Notes: generated by a model not told the origin, from the letters alone. Shown: positions 23,501-37,123, counted from the whole stretch's first letter. The stretch: 63,397 nt of DNA, filler included, from Platydemus manokwari (GCA_037951405.1; 6 parts of 6 records of this genome joined end to end with filler, not necessarily neighbours in it); one strand, 5' to 3'. Made by a program: numbers and translations.

Positions 23501-25184
23501 AAATGCATTCATCATATTCATGCTTGTAATAAAACAAGATTTACAGGGATAATGCTAATACTTCTCTTTTTTCTTTCAAACAGCTGTCATTTTGACTCAA
23601 CCTCTTCTGTGGAAAATACTTCACATTGTACTTAAAAACTAGATTTATCGGTTTTCTTGTGATTGAAATCTTCATCATTAAAGTGATACACAACTCTTTA
23701 AAATCTATAATGGCATCAAGGATTTATAATATCTTTCACATGAATATAAATCTTGTTTATTTTTAAAGTATTTCTTAAAAGACTGAAAGCCATTGCAACT
23801 AGACATAAATTCAAAGAGTGTTTTGAGGTCATTATCGATAATGTGAAACCGAGGATTATTTATAACGGCATTATTCTGGATATTTTGAAATGTACTTTCA
23901 ATGTTTATAATATAACTTCAAAATATTCACTACTCATGGATTTTTTGATCTCGACCTTATCGATAAACTGTAATCAGAACCATTACCGTCCCTTCCGGTT
24001 CTCCAACAGTTCTATTTATACCACATAAAATTCTTGATTTTATTTTGCTTGTCATTTCGTGATTTATTTTTATTTCAGTCAATTTAAAATATTATTTTCG
24101 AATTTTTCAATGATTTTCATTTTATTAATTTCCTATCATAGTAATTTTATTTATTTTACCGATTATACATCACATTGTTGATTACATCCATATTTGAATT
24201 ATTTTTTAAAACGTTCAGAATCATTTGTCAAAGTCCAACTTATCTGTTGCCCACACGACCTTCAGCTTTTTCGTTATTTAAATTCAGTTTTCTTCCTCAC
24301 TACTTCTAGATCTATTGGGATGGCCTACCTAGCTGGTGGATTCATATATTGATTGACTCTGACGAATTTTGATTCTAAAGCTAGTAAGCTTTTATATTGA
24401 ATGATTCGTATGGAATGAATGTGAAAATGAGTTTATATGTTCTATACTTCTGTTTCCATTGATTCAAATGACTCAATTTATCCATACCATAGCCCTCCTA
24501 CCAACCTCTGTTACTCAAAATATCACTATCAAACATTATCATTACATCATCAATACAGAAAACCCAAGACATTTAATAACTAGAATACGAAAATATTCTT
24601 CAAAAATGTGTTCCTAATTTTTATTGATTTTCATTTGAAATTAAATGTTAGCTCGATAAAAATGCCATTGTAATTCATTTGCTTCGAATATTTGGAAAAA
24701 CCTTATGAAGTGATTGGTTGATAATAATGATCTTTCATTTATTAATTAAATTTCAAAAGTATTTTCGAATTCTTTCCAAAACTCTAACATCATTGTCGTC
24801 GTGAAATATATGTAAAGTTTGAATTTAAAATCTTGTCACAAGAGATCTAGTTAAACAAACATAATATTTACATAAACGACACTATCCGGTTTGGAAAAGA
24901 AAGTCACAAATTTCCAAAACACATCCAAATAACAGAAATACAAATGATATTAAAAATTAATTTTTCCGTCAATATTAAAATCCGAAAAACTATATCAAGT
25001 ACAAGCAACCAATAAAAACGTGTATAAAACATGGACTTTTATTGATTTTTATTATCAAATGAAAATTCACCAAATGAATATGGATGTAAATATTGCATTA
25101 CAAAAGCAAACCACCAAAATCTGCACACAGAAGATTTAATCAATAATATATAGAAAGTTATAAAAAGAAAATAATAAAATAATA

Positions 25185-26165
25185 TTATTCAAGTTTATGT
25201 GATGGTTCAATTTTCCAGGCTCCAAGCATATATCTCAAACGAATCATCAAAATATCTTTTGCCATTTGAAGCCAGGAAAATATGGGAACTAGTTTGGAAC
25301 CATCTTTTTCCGTCCAAGACACACAAACCTCACCAACAGGAATGCGAAAATGATTTGCGAGATACAATAAATCCACATCAAAAGCCCATCTTTCGACGTG
25401 GAGATTACCAAACAACAATCGTGCTGATGGTCGAGAAAACAACTTAAATCCACACTGTGTGTCTTTCACTCGAGAATAGCACAAGATCCAAACCCAAAAA
25501 TGAAATCCATACATCAGAATCGTTCGGAAAATAGATCTTTTAGCAATTGATTCTTTTTCTAAATGAGCTCGAGATCCACAAATTAATGCCATATTGCAAT
25601 CACTGCGATTTAATTGGACTTTCATTTCATCTTGTAAACTTTCTAATTCGGAAAATTTTGTAGCACCATCGGCATCTGCAAATAGCAATTCTTTACCACG
25701 AGCCGATAGCATTCCAAGTCTCACAGCACCTCCTTTACCCCTATTTCTTTCCAATGTCAATACTCTCACAACTTCTGTTGTATACATTTGAGAATATTGC
25801 AAAGCAACTTCTGATGTTTTATCACTACTGCCATCATCAACTATTATAATTTCATAAGACAGCGATTTTTCTGTTTTACATTTTTGTAAATATTGAAGTG
25901 CCTCATCCATCATCATGGGAAGCCTTATTTCTTCATTATATGCTGGAACAATAACCGACAAATTAATGGAACCGCTATCTTTAAGTTTTGGAAATAATTT
26001 ATAAACCTTGTCGATAGGATCATAATATTTTTCTTCTGAAGCGCTCCTAGTGAGATTTGGATAAGGATTTGTCATTAAGTAAATAAATACTAATATTACA
26101 AACAAAATAATTACAATGGTAGAGGAAACAGATACAAGTGTAAGTAATCCCATTTCCACAGTCAT
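25185..26165 (-). CDS. ALG5: Dolichyl-phosphate beta-glucosyltransferase (GT2), intronless, 326 aa
   Basis: N-terminal TM helix, LSVIVPAYNEEIRLP, YEIIIVDDGS, NRGKGGAVRLG, LFADADGATKF, ICGSRAHLE, DTQCGFKLF, RWAFDVDLL, WTEKDGSKL. Confidence 0.97.
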   Translation of the reverse strand: MTVEMGLLTLVSVSSTIVIILFVILVFIYLMTNPYPNLTRSASEEKYYDPIDKVYKLFPKLKDSGSINLSVIVPAYNEEIRLPMMMDEALQYLQKCKTEKSLSYEIIIVDDGSSDKTSEVALQYSQMYTTEVVRVLTLERNRGKGGAVRLGMLSARGKELLFADADGATKFSELESLQDEMKVQLNRSDCNMALICGSRAHLEKESIAKRSIFRTILMYGFHFWVWILCYSRVKDTQCGFKLFSRPSARLLFGNLHVERWAFDVDLLYLANHFRIPVGEVCVSWTEKDGSKLVPIFSWLQMAKDILMIRLRYMLGAWKIEPSHKLE

Positions 26166-28584
26166 GATTTCTATATTATATAATCTGACTAATAATTTAA
26201 AGATTCGTAGTAAATAAGATTGTATTATTTATTTAAACAAAAAACAAAAAAGTATAAATTTAATAAAAATAGTGTAATACTACTGTTCTTATGATCTTTA
26301 ACTAATTCGTTAAATTAAAAAAATTTAAAAATAAAAAATTTAATATAAGCCGTTATTAAAAGTACTTTATTTAATTATTAAAATTAATTTTAATTAAAAG
26401 AAAAAACTTATTTTTAATCTTATTTACACAATGACATAAATTAAAGTTTTTAATTTAATTTCATTAAGTACCTAAATGACTGTATTTTTCACATTGAAAT
26501 TAAAATTAAAAACTTAAATAAAACCAATTCAACAACAATAAAAATAATGAAAACCTTTAAATTAAATTTAATGACAGAACATAGATGAATTACCATTACC
26601 AAAAATTACCATTCAATGTTTTCCAATGTTCTATCACCGAAATTATAAACGTTACAGATAAATAATTAAATAAAATATATGTTTATAATTAAATTTTTAG
26701 TCAAAGTTTAATAGATAATTTATCGTAATCACATTAGTTTTATCACTGGTTAAATAATACTTTAAATTATTATTTGAAGAACGGGAATATAATACAAACA
26801 TTTTATTTATTTTTGGTTAATTAATCAAAATTTTGATTCTGGCTGCATTTCATATTATTTAAGCGGTTGATTTTCCTCACTTAATATTTTTCAGGATTTT
26901 CTTTGTGTTTGCTCATAAAAAGGAACTGTCAGAATTTTACATATGAACAAAGATGTAAATTACAATTGCGCGCACAGTGAGCATCAATAGCTGCAGATTG
27001 CGGAAGTCAAATTAAATATTGAAATGAATACTCAATATAGTCCCATATTAAATCAGAATTTAATATATAATATAACTACTATCTAACAGATTATGGAATA
27101 TTACTGTCAACTGTAATTTCTGTATTTTGACTTGAATTGTTTACTGGTCTTTGTATATTGACACGGAATTAAAATTTTCTTTTAACAGTTTCTCATTTGA
27201 AGAATCTTAATAAACTTTTACTGAAAATCACAAAGATCTATCTATTATATTAATCTGTTGCAGATTCTCGTTGTTGGGCGTTAGTTTATATATTTGACTG
27301 GTCCTAAAGGGGCTTCAACAACCGGTATTGAAGACCAAGCTGTAGGAAATGAGTTTAATGTTAATTTATGATTGTAGCGCAGAGGATACTGAGTCACCCT
27401 GGGCCTGAAATAATAATATGGGATTATGGAACCTTTTTTCGCAACTGATAAATAGAATAATAAGTTATGACAAATAGATGGTTTCAAAATTCCTAATAAA
27501 CTTTTAATCGTGACTAATTAATGTATTGATATAGCAAAGACAAACGCGATTGTGATTTTCAAAAAGCTTTAATTTAAGAAAAATGAATTCGAACAATTAA
27601 TATGAAAAAGAACACAAAAGTTTTGAATAATATCCCGTACCTCGCCTTCGCGATTAAAAGGTAATCCGGACAACGGACGAAGATATTAAATAATGCGGAG
27701 AGAGTTGTAACACTTCAATATTATTAATTGTAAAATCAAAATTAATTATTAATGACTAAGAATGAAATAAAACTTAACGACAATTAAATAAATTGTTACT
27801 ACAACGTTAATCATTTCTACGTGAGAAATGATTATCGGAGAAAATAGCTCCAAAGAAAAACTCCAACTACTGATATATATTCTCGGTGTGAAATCTCCCG
27901 CAGTTAATATCTGTCGTCCGGCTTAGAAATTCCTCCTTCAAGATGTCTCTTCAACGGCTTCTGTTGATATATTAAAATAATTTGTCCGAATTTACAAAAT
28001 CGATCAACCGAAATAATTCTTCTGAATTGAATTGATCCTTCTGAGTGCGTAACTTAGCTATTCGTTATTGTGCGTTTATCACTATAGCAGTTGTGATTGT
28101 GATTGTGGTACTGCTCTATGACCAGCGCCGCTATTTATACACACCTGGTCATATCCATTTTTCTCTCACGGCTCTTCATGCCGATTTTTGTCACTTTAAC
28201 TTCCTGCTTATTTTCACTTAGTCAGACTTTTTCTCACGGATTTTCAAATTGGATTTTATTTTGGTCATTTTTGAAATCATAGATCAAACAAATTTGTGTT
28301 TCTTCATCATCAAGAGAACTGACATCCATAACTGAAATCTGATTTCCAATATTTTAAAAATTTCCGTGGTCATTAGTATGTATTAAATTATTTTTAATTA
28401 TATTTCATATTTTAATTCACTACATTCGCTATGAATGGTTATTGCAACTAATTTATCTTAATTTGTACTTTATTACTTTTGTTTGTTTATATAAAACAAT
28501 TATATTTACTTTTAAAAACATTTTTAAAATATATTTTATTTTGATCAATTATAACGACTGTAATTCTGCTTTTCAAATTCGTAA

Positions 28585-29085
28585 ATGAATATAGATCAAT
28601 GGAAATTTTTTTTAATAATCATTACAAACTTAGTTGCAGTTCTATTCATCTATCTATTTTATAAATACTACTGCAATAAATCTAATTCAGGTGAACCAAA
28701 CGTTGCTTTAGAAAATAAAAGTGATGATAAAACAGTATCATCACATAAGCAGCCTGTTTGTCCATTTATGGCTGCATTTAAAAAAGGCAAAATGATGCAG
28801 GAGATGAATAAAACGAATAATATGTCTAATGCAAAAGTAAACTCTTTTCACAAAGATGTAAATTTGAAGAAAAGCAATGACAATCAAATAAAATGTAAAA
28901 ATACGGACGATAAGACATTGGCGCCTTCGGAATCAAAGATCGTTAAAACTTCTAATGTTACCTCGGGTGATTGTAAAGTTGGAAGAATCCTTACAAATGA
29001 TGCAGCACAAAAAAATACAGCAAAATCAATGAATGATGATGAAAATGCCAAAACTAAATTAATATCAAGTTTTAAAAAAGGTTAA
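28585..29085 (+). CDS. Orphan single-pass membrane protein, 166 aa, with a Lys/Asn-rich tail and a CPF motif
   Basis: Clean 501-nt ORF with a hydrophobic helix at about aa 8-26 (FFLIIITNLVAVLFIYLFY) followed by a polar tail. Confidence 0.6.
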   Translation: MNIDQWKFFLIIITNLVAVLFIYLFYKYYCNKSNSGEPNVALENKSDDKTVSSHKQPVCPFMAAFKKGKMMQEMNKTNNMSNAKVNSFHKDVNLKKSNDNQIKCKNTDDKTLAPSESKIVKTSNVTSGDCKVGRILTNDAAQKNTAKSMNDDENAKTKLISSFKKG

Positions 29086-30054
29086 TTATTATATTGATAT
29101 TTAGTTATAAAATAACTGATTTTTTATTTTCTTTTAATCTTGAATATTAGCTTACTGATTGCTTATGAAGAATTTCATTGTTTGACTAATTATATGTTGC
29201 AAATCGTTTCCATAGTAACAAAATAAAGGCATTGTCAATTGTAAAATAACCCTTTGTTATTTGGATAATTAATATTTTCCACTTGAAATATTTTGAGGCT
29301 TTTTAATATCAATTTATTTACAAATAAATATTTCCAATATTTTAATGATAATTTCTGTCTATTTATAAACGAAATTGTTATTTTATAATTTTATTATGAA
29401 TTTTGTATACAAATTTGTTTTAGTGTAGAAAAATTGATGAAAATTTTTGTTTTATTAAACTGATTTGAAATATTTATTGAATTCAATTTTACAACTGAAA
29501 TGAGAATGAAAGATCAATTTATTTAATCAAATCAAAATTAGCCTTATAATTGAATATGACAAATGTCAATTAACTGATAATTAATATTTGATTAATTATT
29601 TAATTAAAATTAAATACTAATTAAGTATTTATTGATATTTGTTTAATCATAACTGAATGTGTGTATAACTGTCAGAAATATTATCACTATAATCTTTTGG
29701 TGATATATTGGGATAATATATATGATATTTATCTATAATTTATCATTTATCGATAAATAAGGATAATATCAATATATTTATCTATATTGTAACTATTCGA
29801 TATTGCTGAATAAATGTCAATGAACTCTATGTTATTGCTACTGTTCTAATTGATATATTCTATCGCTGACATACTCTCTATTATATAACGCTCATTATAT
29901 ATAATACTATAAAATACCGTGCGATTAATAGATCTCCTCCTCTAAAACTAAAATAAAACAGCAGTAAGAACAAACTAAATGTATTGAGTTACTTTAATGC
30001 ACAACAAAATACTAACAGTAAAGACGAATAACGGTAAATAATAAGCAATTTCAT

Positions 30055-30215
30055 AACAACTGTTTTCAAAATGTTCACCACCTTGCCCCAAACAGAGATT
30101 CCATCGTCTCCTGAGGCTTGAATAACATTTACGGACAACTTCTTGATTGATGTTTATTAATTCATGTAAAATTGCTTTTTTTGTCGTACGAGGCCGTTTA
30201 GATAAAGCGAATCTT
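30055..30215 (-). mobile_element. Tc1/Tc3-like transposase C-terminal relic
   Basis: SKRPRTTKKAILHELININQEVVRKCYSSLRRRWNLCLGQGGEHFE matches the Tc1-family ending RR...C....G.HFE. Confidence 0.7.
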
Positions 30216-32251
30216 CATCTGAGAAAATAAATATATAAATTATATATATTCACTTTACATTTATTATAAATTTATAATTAATTTTTCATTCATTTAAATT
30301 GGCTGGAAAGTTCATTTTATTCCATTTGAACTAATCATATCATTTAAATGGGATTTGAGCGAATATGATGCAAAAGCTCTTCAGCAATAAATCATTAAAG
30401 TTTTAAACATGTGCCAGATTTTTCTCCATTTAAATATAAAGCAAATATACAATTAAAATTAATAAGTCTCAATTATTCTGATTGAAACAAATGTCTATCA
30501 TATGTTACATTACATTGATGTAAATATCTGATAGCAATGATATACAATTTCTGGTTTATTTAACTCGAGACTTGATCAATTCATCACGAAGGAAAGAATC
30601 TTTTAGTACATTTTAATTATTTGTTATTATTATGTTGGTTTTAAATGGGAACTCGTCAAACACTGCATTATAATCTATAACGTTATTGCAAAGCAACATT
30701 TTAGTATCAGACCGCTTTACAAACAACATTGGGTACCATCGATCCAGTAGTCATTTATTTTGCCTTTCTAAATTAATTAATTTGCGTATTAGTCGATATT
30801 AAATTCACTATTTCAAATTTTCTAATTTAATTACTTGTAATTAATGACTGAAATCTATAGAATGACTGTGTGATGTTGTATTATGATCTTGTTATTATCT
30901 TGACACCCAGTAAAATCAGTTTCCCTATGATGAATGGGTCACTAGACTGATGGATGAATGCGGTTATGTTGTACAGTGCTCTTAAATAATAATTATTTTT
31001 ATTTTGTGATAAAAACATTATCAACAATTGGTGTTTTTTAAAAACAAATTTCTTTTTCGACAGTGTGAATCCTGTTTCGGAAAGTTTTATATTATGTTTT
31101 AGTGATGTTATAATATCGTTGCTGATATATATTTGTTTAAGAATGACATAATTAATGATATATTCAATATATCTGTATTTTTTCAGTTATTATATTGGAA
31201 GAAATAATTTTATTAATAAACAATTTGACAACTCTGTGATTAAAAACAAAAATGATATATACTTATTTGAAACAGAAGATTTGTCTAATCTCATATAAAC
31301 AATCTGTGTTCTTTGATATTCTTTCTTGTAGTATTCAATAAATCACATACCAAAAATACCAATATGTAATATCTTATGAAAGCATGATGATTTGAGATTG
31401 ATAAAATCTGTTAAGATCGAATATCAATCCACTAGTCCTATTACACGAAAGCTCAAAGATCCAACGATGTTTTATGTACACCTTGTTGAATGTGTTGTGT
31501 GAATGCTTATGTATTTTTAAATATGACAGTGAACATGATATATATTTTGATTTTTCTTTTGTAACATTGATAAGTAATGTGCTTTTATCAAAACATTATT
31601 TATTGAATTATCTTATTTCTTAGGTAGGTAGTATTTTAGAGTAACAAATAAATAGCAATAGTAAAATATTTATCCATTTTTTCATGTCATCGATTTTGAA
31701 ATTATTTTGTTGAAATTATCGACCTCGGTTGATATTGATTATTTTGGGAACTCTTTAGGATCTTCATAAAAATGTTCCAATTTCTTCAGTTAAAGTAAAA
31801 GTTATTAATTTTAACATTAAAAGGTTATAACTAAAACATTGAAATTTATCCACAAAATTGGCTTAAACTGATCAGTTCGTAAGTACGTGCATAGAATAGG
31901 AGCGAATAGATGCTGATTCCATGACATCGAAATCATATCTGGATAGTCTTATAATTTTTAATAATATTTATAGCAAAGTTTTAAGGTGTGTATATCTTGA
32001 CTTAATACATGGTTTAAAAGTTTATAATTAGCTTAGTGGGAATCGAATTAGAATTATAAAGTTAGGACGATAAGGAGTTATGGTTAATTAATTTAAATTA
32101 TCAATTTTTCTATATAATCCCACTCAAATTTATCATAAATATTCTCTAAATGTTAATCATCGTTTAATTATTTTTTATTATATTTATTTAGAAAATATCT
32201 TTTATCGATATGTTTAGAATAATTTCGTTCATATCATTTGCCTAATAATGA

Positions 32252-32327
32252 TATTAGGTGTATTAGTATGATTCCGGCTTTTACAAAAATGAGTTAAAAT
32301 TTGTATTTCAATGAATAAATTTAATTG
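32252..32327 (+). mobile_element. End of a mariner-like element (TA + TIR), truncated by the contig end; copy 2
   Basis: Near-identical to 18120-18196, with unrelated upstream flank. Confidence 0.75.
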
Positions 32328-32427
32328 NNNNNNNNNNNNNNNNNNNNNNNNNNNNNNNNNNNNNNNNNNNNTTAATTAATTAANNNNNNNNNNNNNNNNN
32401 NNNNNNNNNNNNNNNNNNNNNNNNNNN
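32328..32427. other. Artificial contig linker
   Basis: 44 N + TTAATTAATTAA + 44 N. Confidence 0.98.
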
Positions 32428-32789
32428 CAAGATTTATTTTCTAAAAATAAAATTTAATGATACAAGAAAATTTTAATACTATTAGTTTTATTTGATTTCT
32501 ATTATTTTATTTTTAAATATTTACTATAATTTCCATATTATTATGGAATGAAAAGTATAACGACAGTATTATACTATAAAAATCTTTAAATTTTAAAGTT
32601 AATATGCTATTATGAAAACCGTTTTGTCAATAAGAACAGTTTGTTTTCCAAATCTAATTAATTGAAACGTTGTTTAAATATTTAATGTTAAACAAAGTCA
32701 ATAAATTTATTTAAAATAAAAATTTACTATTATAATTAACGAAGAAAATCTTCAAAATTTTATCTTATACAAGTGTGCATAAAAATAAA

Positions 32790-34373
32790 TTAAATTTCTG
32801 TCATTTTCTTTAGTTCAACCTTTAATGTCTTCATTGATCTTAAAAGTGACTCAACCGCTGGAAAGTCTTTATAAATACCACTAATCGAAAAACTGTCTAC
32901 TGTATTTAACAAATAAGCTACCAAATCCTTGTGTGATGTTAATAAGACTTTCAAATAGCTCATGATTTCGATGTCACTGTAATCATCAAATAAAACCGAA
33001 CAAAGATAGCTAATCCCGTGCACATTGTGTAATAATAATTCTAACAACTTTTCCAGATGAAATAATAGTTTTCCTCTCCTTGATTCAGTAGACTCAGCCA
33101 CTACAGTCCAATTTCTGCAGATACTCATATGAACTTTAAAAATATTATAGCACTTGATGTACTGAATTGTTTGAATGTAAGCCATGTATTTTTTTAAAAC
33201 CTCAATCAAAGTAGAAATTTCTCTTTCACCGGTTTCCGACATCATTTTACTAATGATAATGATCACTGTTGGTAAGTAAAATTTCAATTCCAACATATCA
33301 GAAATCAAAAATTCTATGAAGTCAATCAATTCATTAATTCTCCTTGTGAAAATTTTATCTTTTCGAATAATTAAATATTCAAAAGCTGTTTGATAATTTG
33401 TGGCTGATAAATCAAAAATTAGCAAATCACTTAGCTTTTTACCATCGAATGGACAACTTCCTCGTTTCATACAATATTTATTAATGCATTTTAAACATAT
33501 CTTGTGATTACATCCTGGAAATATGGCATAACTTGATAAATGAATGATTGACGCACACATCAAACAATGATTATAATCTGTCTCGGCTACATGAGGTTGA
33601 TGGAGTTCATACAGATTCCGATTGTCATTTACTTCACATATTACTATTCTTGTAAGGTGTTTTGATATGAGCTTAATCAATTTTATATCATTTTTTAGAT
33701 TTTTCAATGTTTCTGTCATTAAATGATTACGATAATTCCCCGAATCCCATGCTTTCAATATGATTTCTTCTGTCACGTGATTGCTGAATAACCCGTCCAT
33801 GTTTAGTATCATTTCATTATTCGCTTTCAATTTTAAATGAAACCCAGACAAACGACATGGATAGAAATTGTTTATAAGTTTCAAAATGAGTTTGCTACTA
33901 TTAAAAGTGGAAAGTACTTGCTCATAGGATTCGTCGATAGTGCTACTGTTCTGTTGGAAAAAACTTAGATAAACATTGATTTCCCCATCATCGATTTTGA
34001 AGTTACTTTCTGTCCAATTTTTCAATAATTGTTTCGAATTTCTTTTAAATGCTAGTTGCGTTTGCAAAACTTTGATATATACTGCTATATATGTTATCCA
34101 GATGTTTTCCATGTAATTCATCATGATAACTGAATCATTTAAGATTTCATATTGATATTCAGATATCGTCTTTTTTAAACACGACGAACCTGGATGTATT
34201 AAGACGATTTCGTTGGAGTTTATCATATCAATAGGGCAAAAAACGTTTTCCTTTAAAACGATTTCTACAGAACAGACGGAACAGAATTTGTGAGGGCAAT
34301 GAGAAAACATTATTACTTTGCAATCATCCAATAACTCGTAACAAATTAAACATATATTAGGATCGATATCCAT
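32790..34373 (-). CDS. Intronless protein with two RING-HC (C3HC4) fingers, each followed by a helical region; putative E3 ubiquitin ligase, 527 aa
   Basis: CLIC-x12-CPHKFCSVC-x11-CPID at the N-terminus and CLMC-x14-CNHKICLKC-x10-CPFD at about aa 270-310 (spacings approximate). Confidence 0.85.
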   Translation of the reverse strand: MDIDPNICLICYELLDDCKVIMFSHCPHKFCSVCSVEIVLKENVFCPIDMINSNEIVLIHPGSSCLKKTISEYQYEILNDSVIMMNYMENIWITYIAVYIKVLQTQLAFKRNSKQLLKNWTESNFKIDDGEINVYLSFFQQNSSTIDESYEQVLSTFNSSKLILKLINNFYPCRLSGFHLKLKANNEMILNMDGLFSNHVTEEIILKAWDSGNYRNHLMTETLKNLKNDIKLIKLISKHLTRIVICEVNDNRNLYELHQPHVAETDYNHCLMCASIIHLSSYAIFPGCNHKICLKCINKYCMKRGSCPFDGKKLSDLLIFDLSATNYQTAFEYLIIRKDKIFTRRINELIDFIEFLISDMLELKFYLPTVIIIISKMMSETGEREISTLIEVLKKYMAYIQTIQYIKCYNIFKVHMSICRNWTVVAESTESRRGKLLFHLEKLLELLLHNVHGISYLCSVLFDDYSDIEIMSYLKVLLTSHKDLVAYLLNTVDSFSISGIYKDFPAVESLLRSMKTLKVELKKMTEI

Positions 34374-35874
34374 TATTGAATATTTTTAGGCAAAATTCGT
34401 CTAAAATTTACAAATAAACAAACAAATTTTAATAATACAACAGCAAAAATATTAATAATTATTATTAATTAAGTATTTATTATATTCTAATTTTAGTACA
34501 AAAAAATTGTTTAATATTAGTTAAAAATATCAAATAAATCGTGAAATAGAATTTCATAATATTATATATGTATGAAGAAATTTATTAATAAATGCATTTT
34601 TAAAATTTTTAATTTCTAATTTAATACTAAATAAGAAAAGTAATTTAATTCAAACTTTAAAAAAAATTAAAATTTAAAATCATTTATTAAATTATTGTTT
34701 TTAGAATTGAAAATAATTAATGAATTTTTAAATTGATATTTATTTACTGATTAAAAAATGTATTAAATAAAATTTCTTTTTATAAGATGAAAATATTTGT
34801 TGTCTCATTATAATCAACGGATAAATTTATTTAAAAAAATAATTTATTAAGATTTCTATTAATTAAAAATCAGAACATTTGTCTAATGAAATTACCAAGC
34901 AAACAAATATATCGATTTTTACAGTATAATTTCCTTTTATAAACAAAATGGAGAAAAAAGTCTTGGTTCGAAGAAAATCTCCCAATTTTATCTTCATTGT
35001 AATAGAAAATTATTTTTGTATATTTCTCTCAAATTGCATGTATGGGATGCTCCATAGTCACCGAAAAAATTAAAATAAAAATCGATATGGATAAATCACA
35101 ATTTTAATGAAAATTCAACGATTTAAAGTTAAAATATAATAAAAATAATTAATTACTATACAAAAAGATTAATTGAATATTAAGAAAATTACTATGATTT
35201 TATTAGAAGCGTTGATTGAGACGAAATCTTGCAAAATAAAAACGGATTTACACTTTCGAATCATTGCTTATCTTTAAACATTGTCATGCCTACACAACCA
35301 AACAGGCATTGCAATCAATCAATCATAATTGACTTAGATGGAAAACCACTAATTTAAGAAGGGACACCACTGTGTCTACACAAAACCTATCAGCCCAATA
35401 GAAAATTGGAAAAGTAAAGGTCGAATCAAACTGTGATACAAGCGTGACACAAAAATTACACACAGATCTTGAGTATAAATACCGTTATAAAGATGGTCAA
35501 CAGTCAGTGCAAAGCCAAGTTTTGGTTATGTTTTTTGAGACATTGTATTAAATTTTGTGAGTTGCACTGAGTAGTACGGGTGTAGTTGAAAGTTAGGTTT
35601 TAGTTGTATTTTTGTGATATTTTGTAAGTCATACTGATTTGCACAATAATTAGAAATAGAGCTCACAACCTTTGATTATTGGAGTCAGCAATTATTTGTT
35701 AATTTAGAATCAAGATCCAATAGAAGTATGTTTTCAAAGATTAAAAATAATGTCGATATTAATTATAATAGCTGTCATGTCATTAATATGATCCATTTAA
35801 TGTTTAATAATTGCATGGCCGCTTGTTTGGTTTTGGATAAATCTGTATAACAATTGAATGTCGCAATTAGCACA

Positions 35875-37123
35875 TATCCTAAATTACGTGTATTACGACC
35901 CTACATCTATTAAGACCCCCCTCATTTTTAGATTAAAAATTTTAGAAAAATCTAAATTACTTAATTCATCATAGAAACCATGAAATTTTTCTTAACTCTC
36001 AAACATATCTTCTGTTTCCACGTGTTGACTAACCATTTTTGTAGCTAATTCTTCAATTTCCTCATCATCTGTGTCTGAGGAATGACTTTGGGCAAAAATA
36101 GCTTCATCCTCAAAGCCGTCCAAGACATTACAAATATCTGTTTTCTTAAATGATTTGATGATAACATCTTTCTTGATGGCATCCCATGAAGTTTTCACCC
36201 ATTGGCAGACTTTTGAGATTGTTGGCTTCTTCAAAAAACCTGATGGAGTTAAGTTTGAATCAGATTCACTCATCTTTTTGGTTTACTCTTCTTTCATGTT
36301 TGCCTTAAAAGCTTTATTGGTACTGACATCAAGAAGTTGCATTTGGCTTGTGATACCACCTGGAATTACTCCTAACTGAATTCTCAGTTCTTTTGCCTTT
36401 TTGTTTTACTTTTTCCGTCAAAGGCCCTTAAAATGATCAAAAACTAAAAGAGATTCCTTCTTCAACAGGCCTCCAAAACGTCTAGATCATAACTTACCAA
36501 ACCACAAGTCCATCCCTTGCTGGTCCATCCACCCTTTTTGGATGAACATGAACCAATACTCCTAGGGGATTTTGTCTTTAGACAGGATTTTACGTTTGAA
36601 GATTAATAGTGGAGGCAACTTGTTGCGATCAGCCATGCAGGTCAAAACACAGGTAAAATGACTTTTTTCATGACCTGTTGTACGAATTGCAATTGTCTTG
36701 GCTCCTTTCTCATCAATTGTGTGATTATCAGGACAATCAAAGTTCAGAGGTGTTTCATCCATATTGCCTATATGAGACAATTCATAGCTAAACAGTTGCC
36801 GGGTATTGATGACAAATTTGTGGAAAGATAGGACTTTTTCTTCATAGAATTTAAGCTTTCGTTGGGCTAACTTTGTTCTTATTGCCAAACCCCAATGTTT
36901 TCTAAATCTGTATCACCAAACTGGACCTCTCTTAGTGATATTTTGAGCTTGTGGAATTCTTAATCTATGATTTATCACCACGGCTCTTTGAATTGATCAA
37001 TATAAAATTACTCAAAGACTGATCAACAGTCATATATATTTAATATAATCATTTGTGATAAGAAATGGTTCTGTTAGAAGACTTTGTTAACACATCAGGG
37101 GTCGTATTACGAGAATTTTTATA
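35875..37123 (-). mobile_element. Internally deleted pogo-family (POGK/Tigger-like, DDE_1) DNA transposon with degenerate TIRs
   Basis: Broken frames IGNMDETPLNFD..GAKTIAIRTTGHEKSHFTCVLTCMAD..KLPPLLIFKRK, GWMD, VIPGGITSQMQLLDVS, LTPSGFLKKP..VCQWVKTSWDAI. Left end TATCCTAAATTACGTGTATTACGACCC is an imperfect inverted match to GGGTCGTATTACGAGAATTTTTATA at ~37098-37123. Confidence 0.88.

Noticed and set aside
27850-28370. RQILTAGDF (minus), resembling the APE endonuclease GDFN motif
   Set aside because: Isolated motif; other APE motifs not recognisable.
31260-31520. Possible decayed paralogue of the double-RING gene (KICLISY..., LVLLHESS)
   Set aside because: Zinc ligands are missing and it lies on a different contig; similarity too weak.
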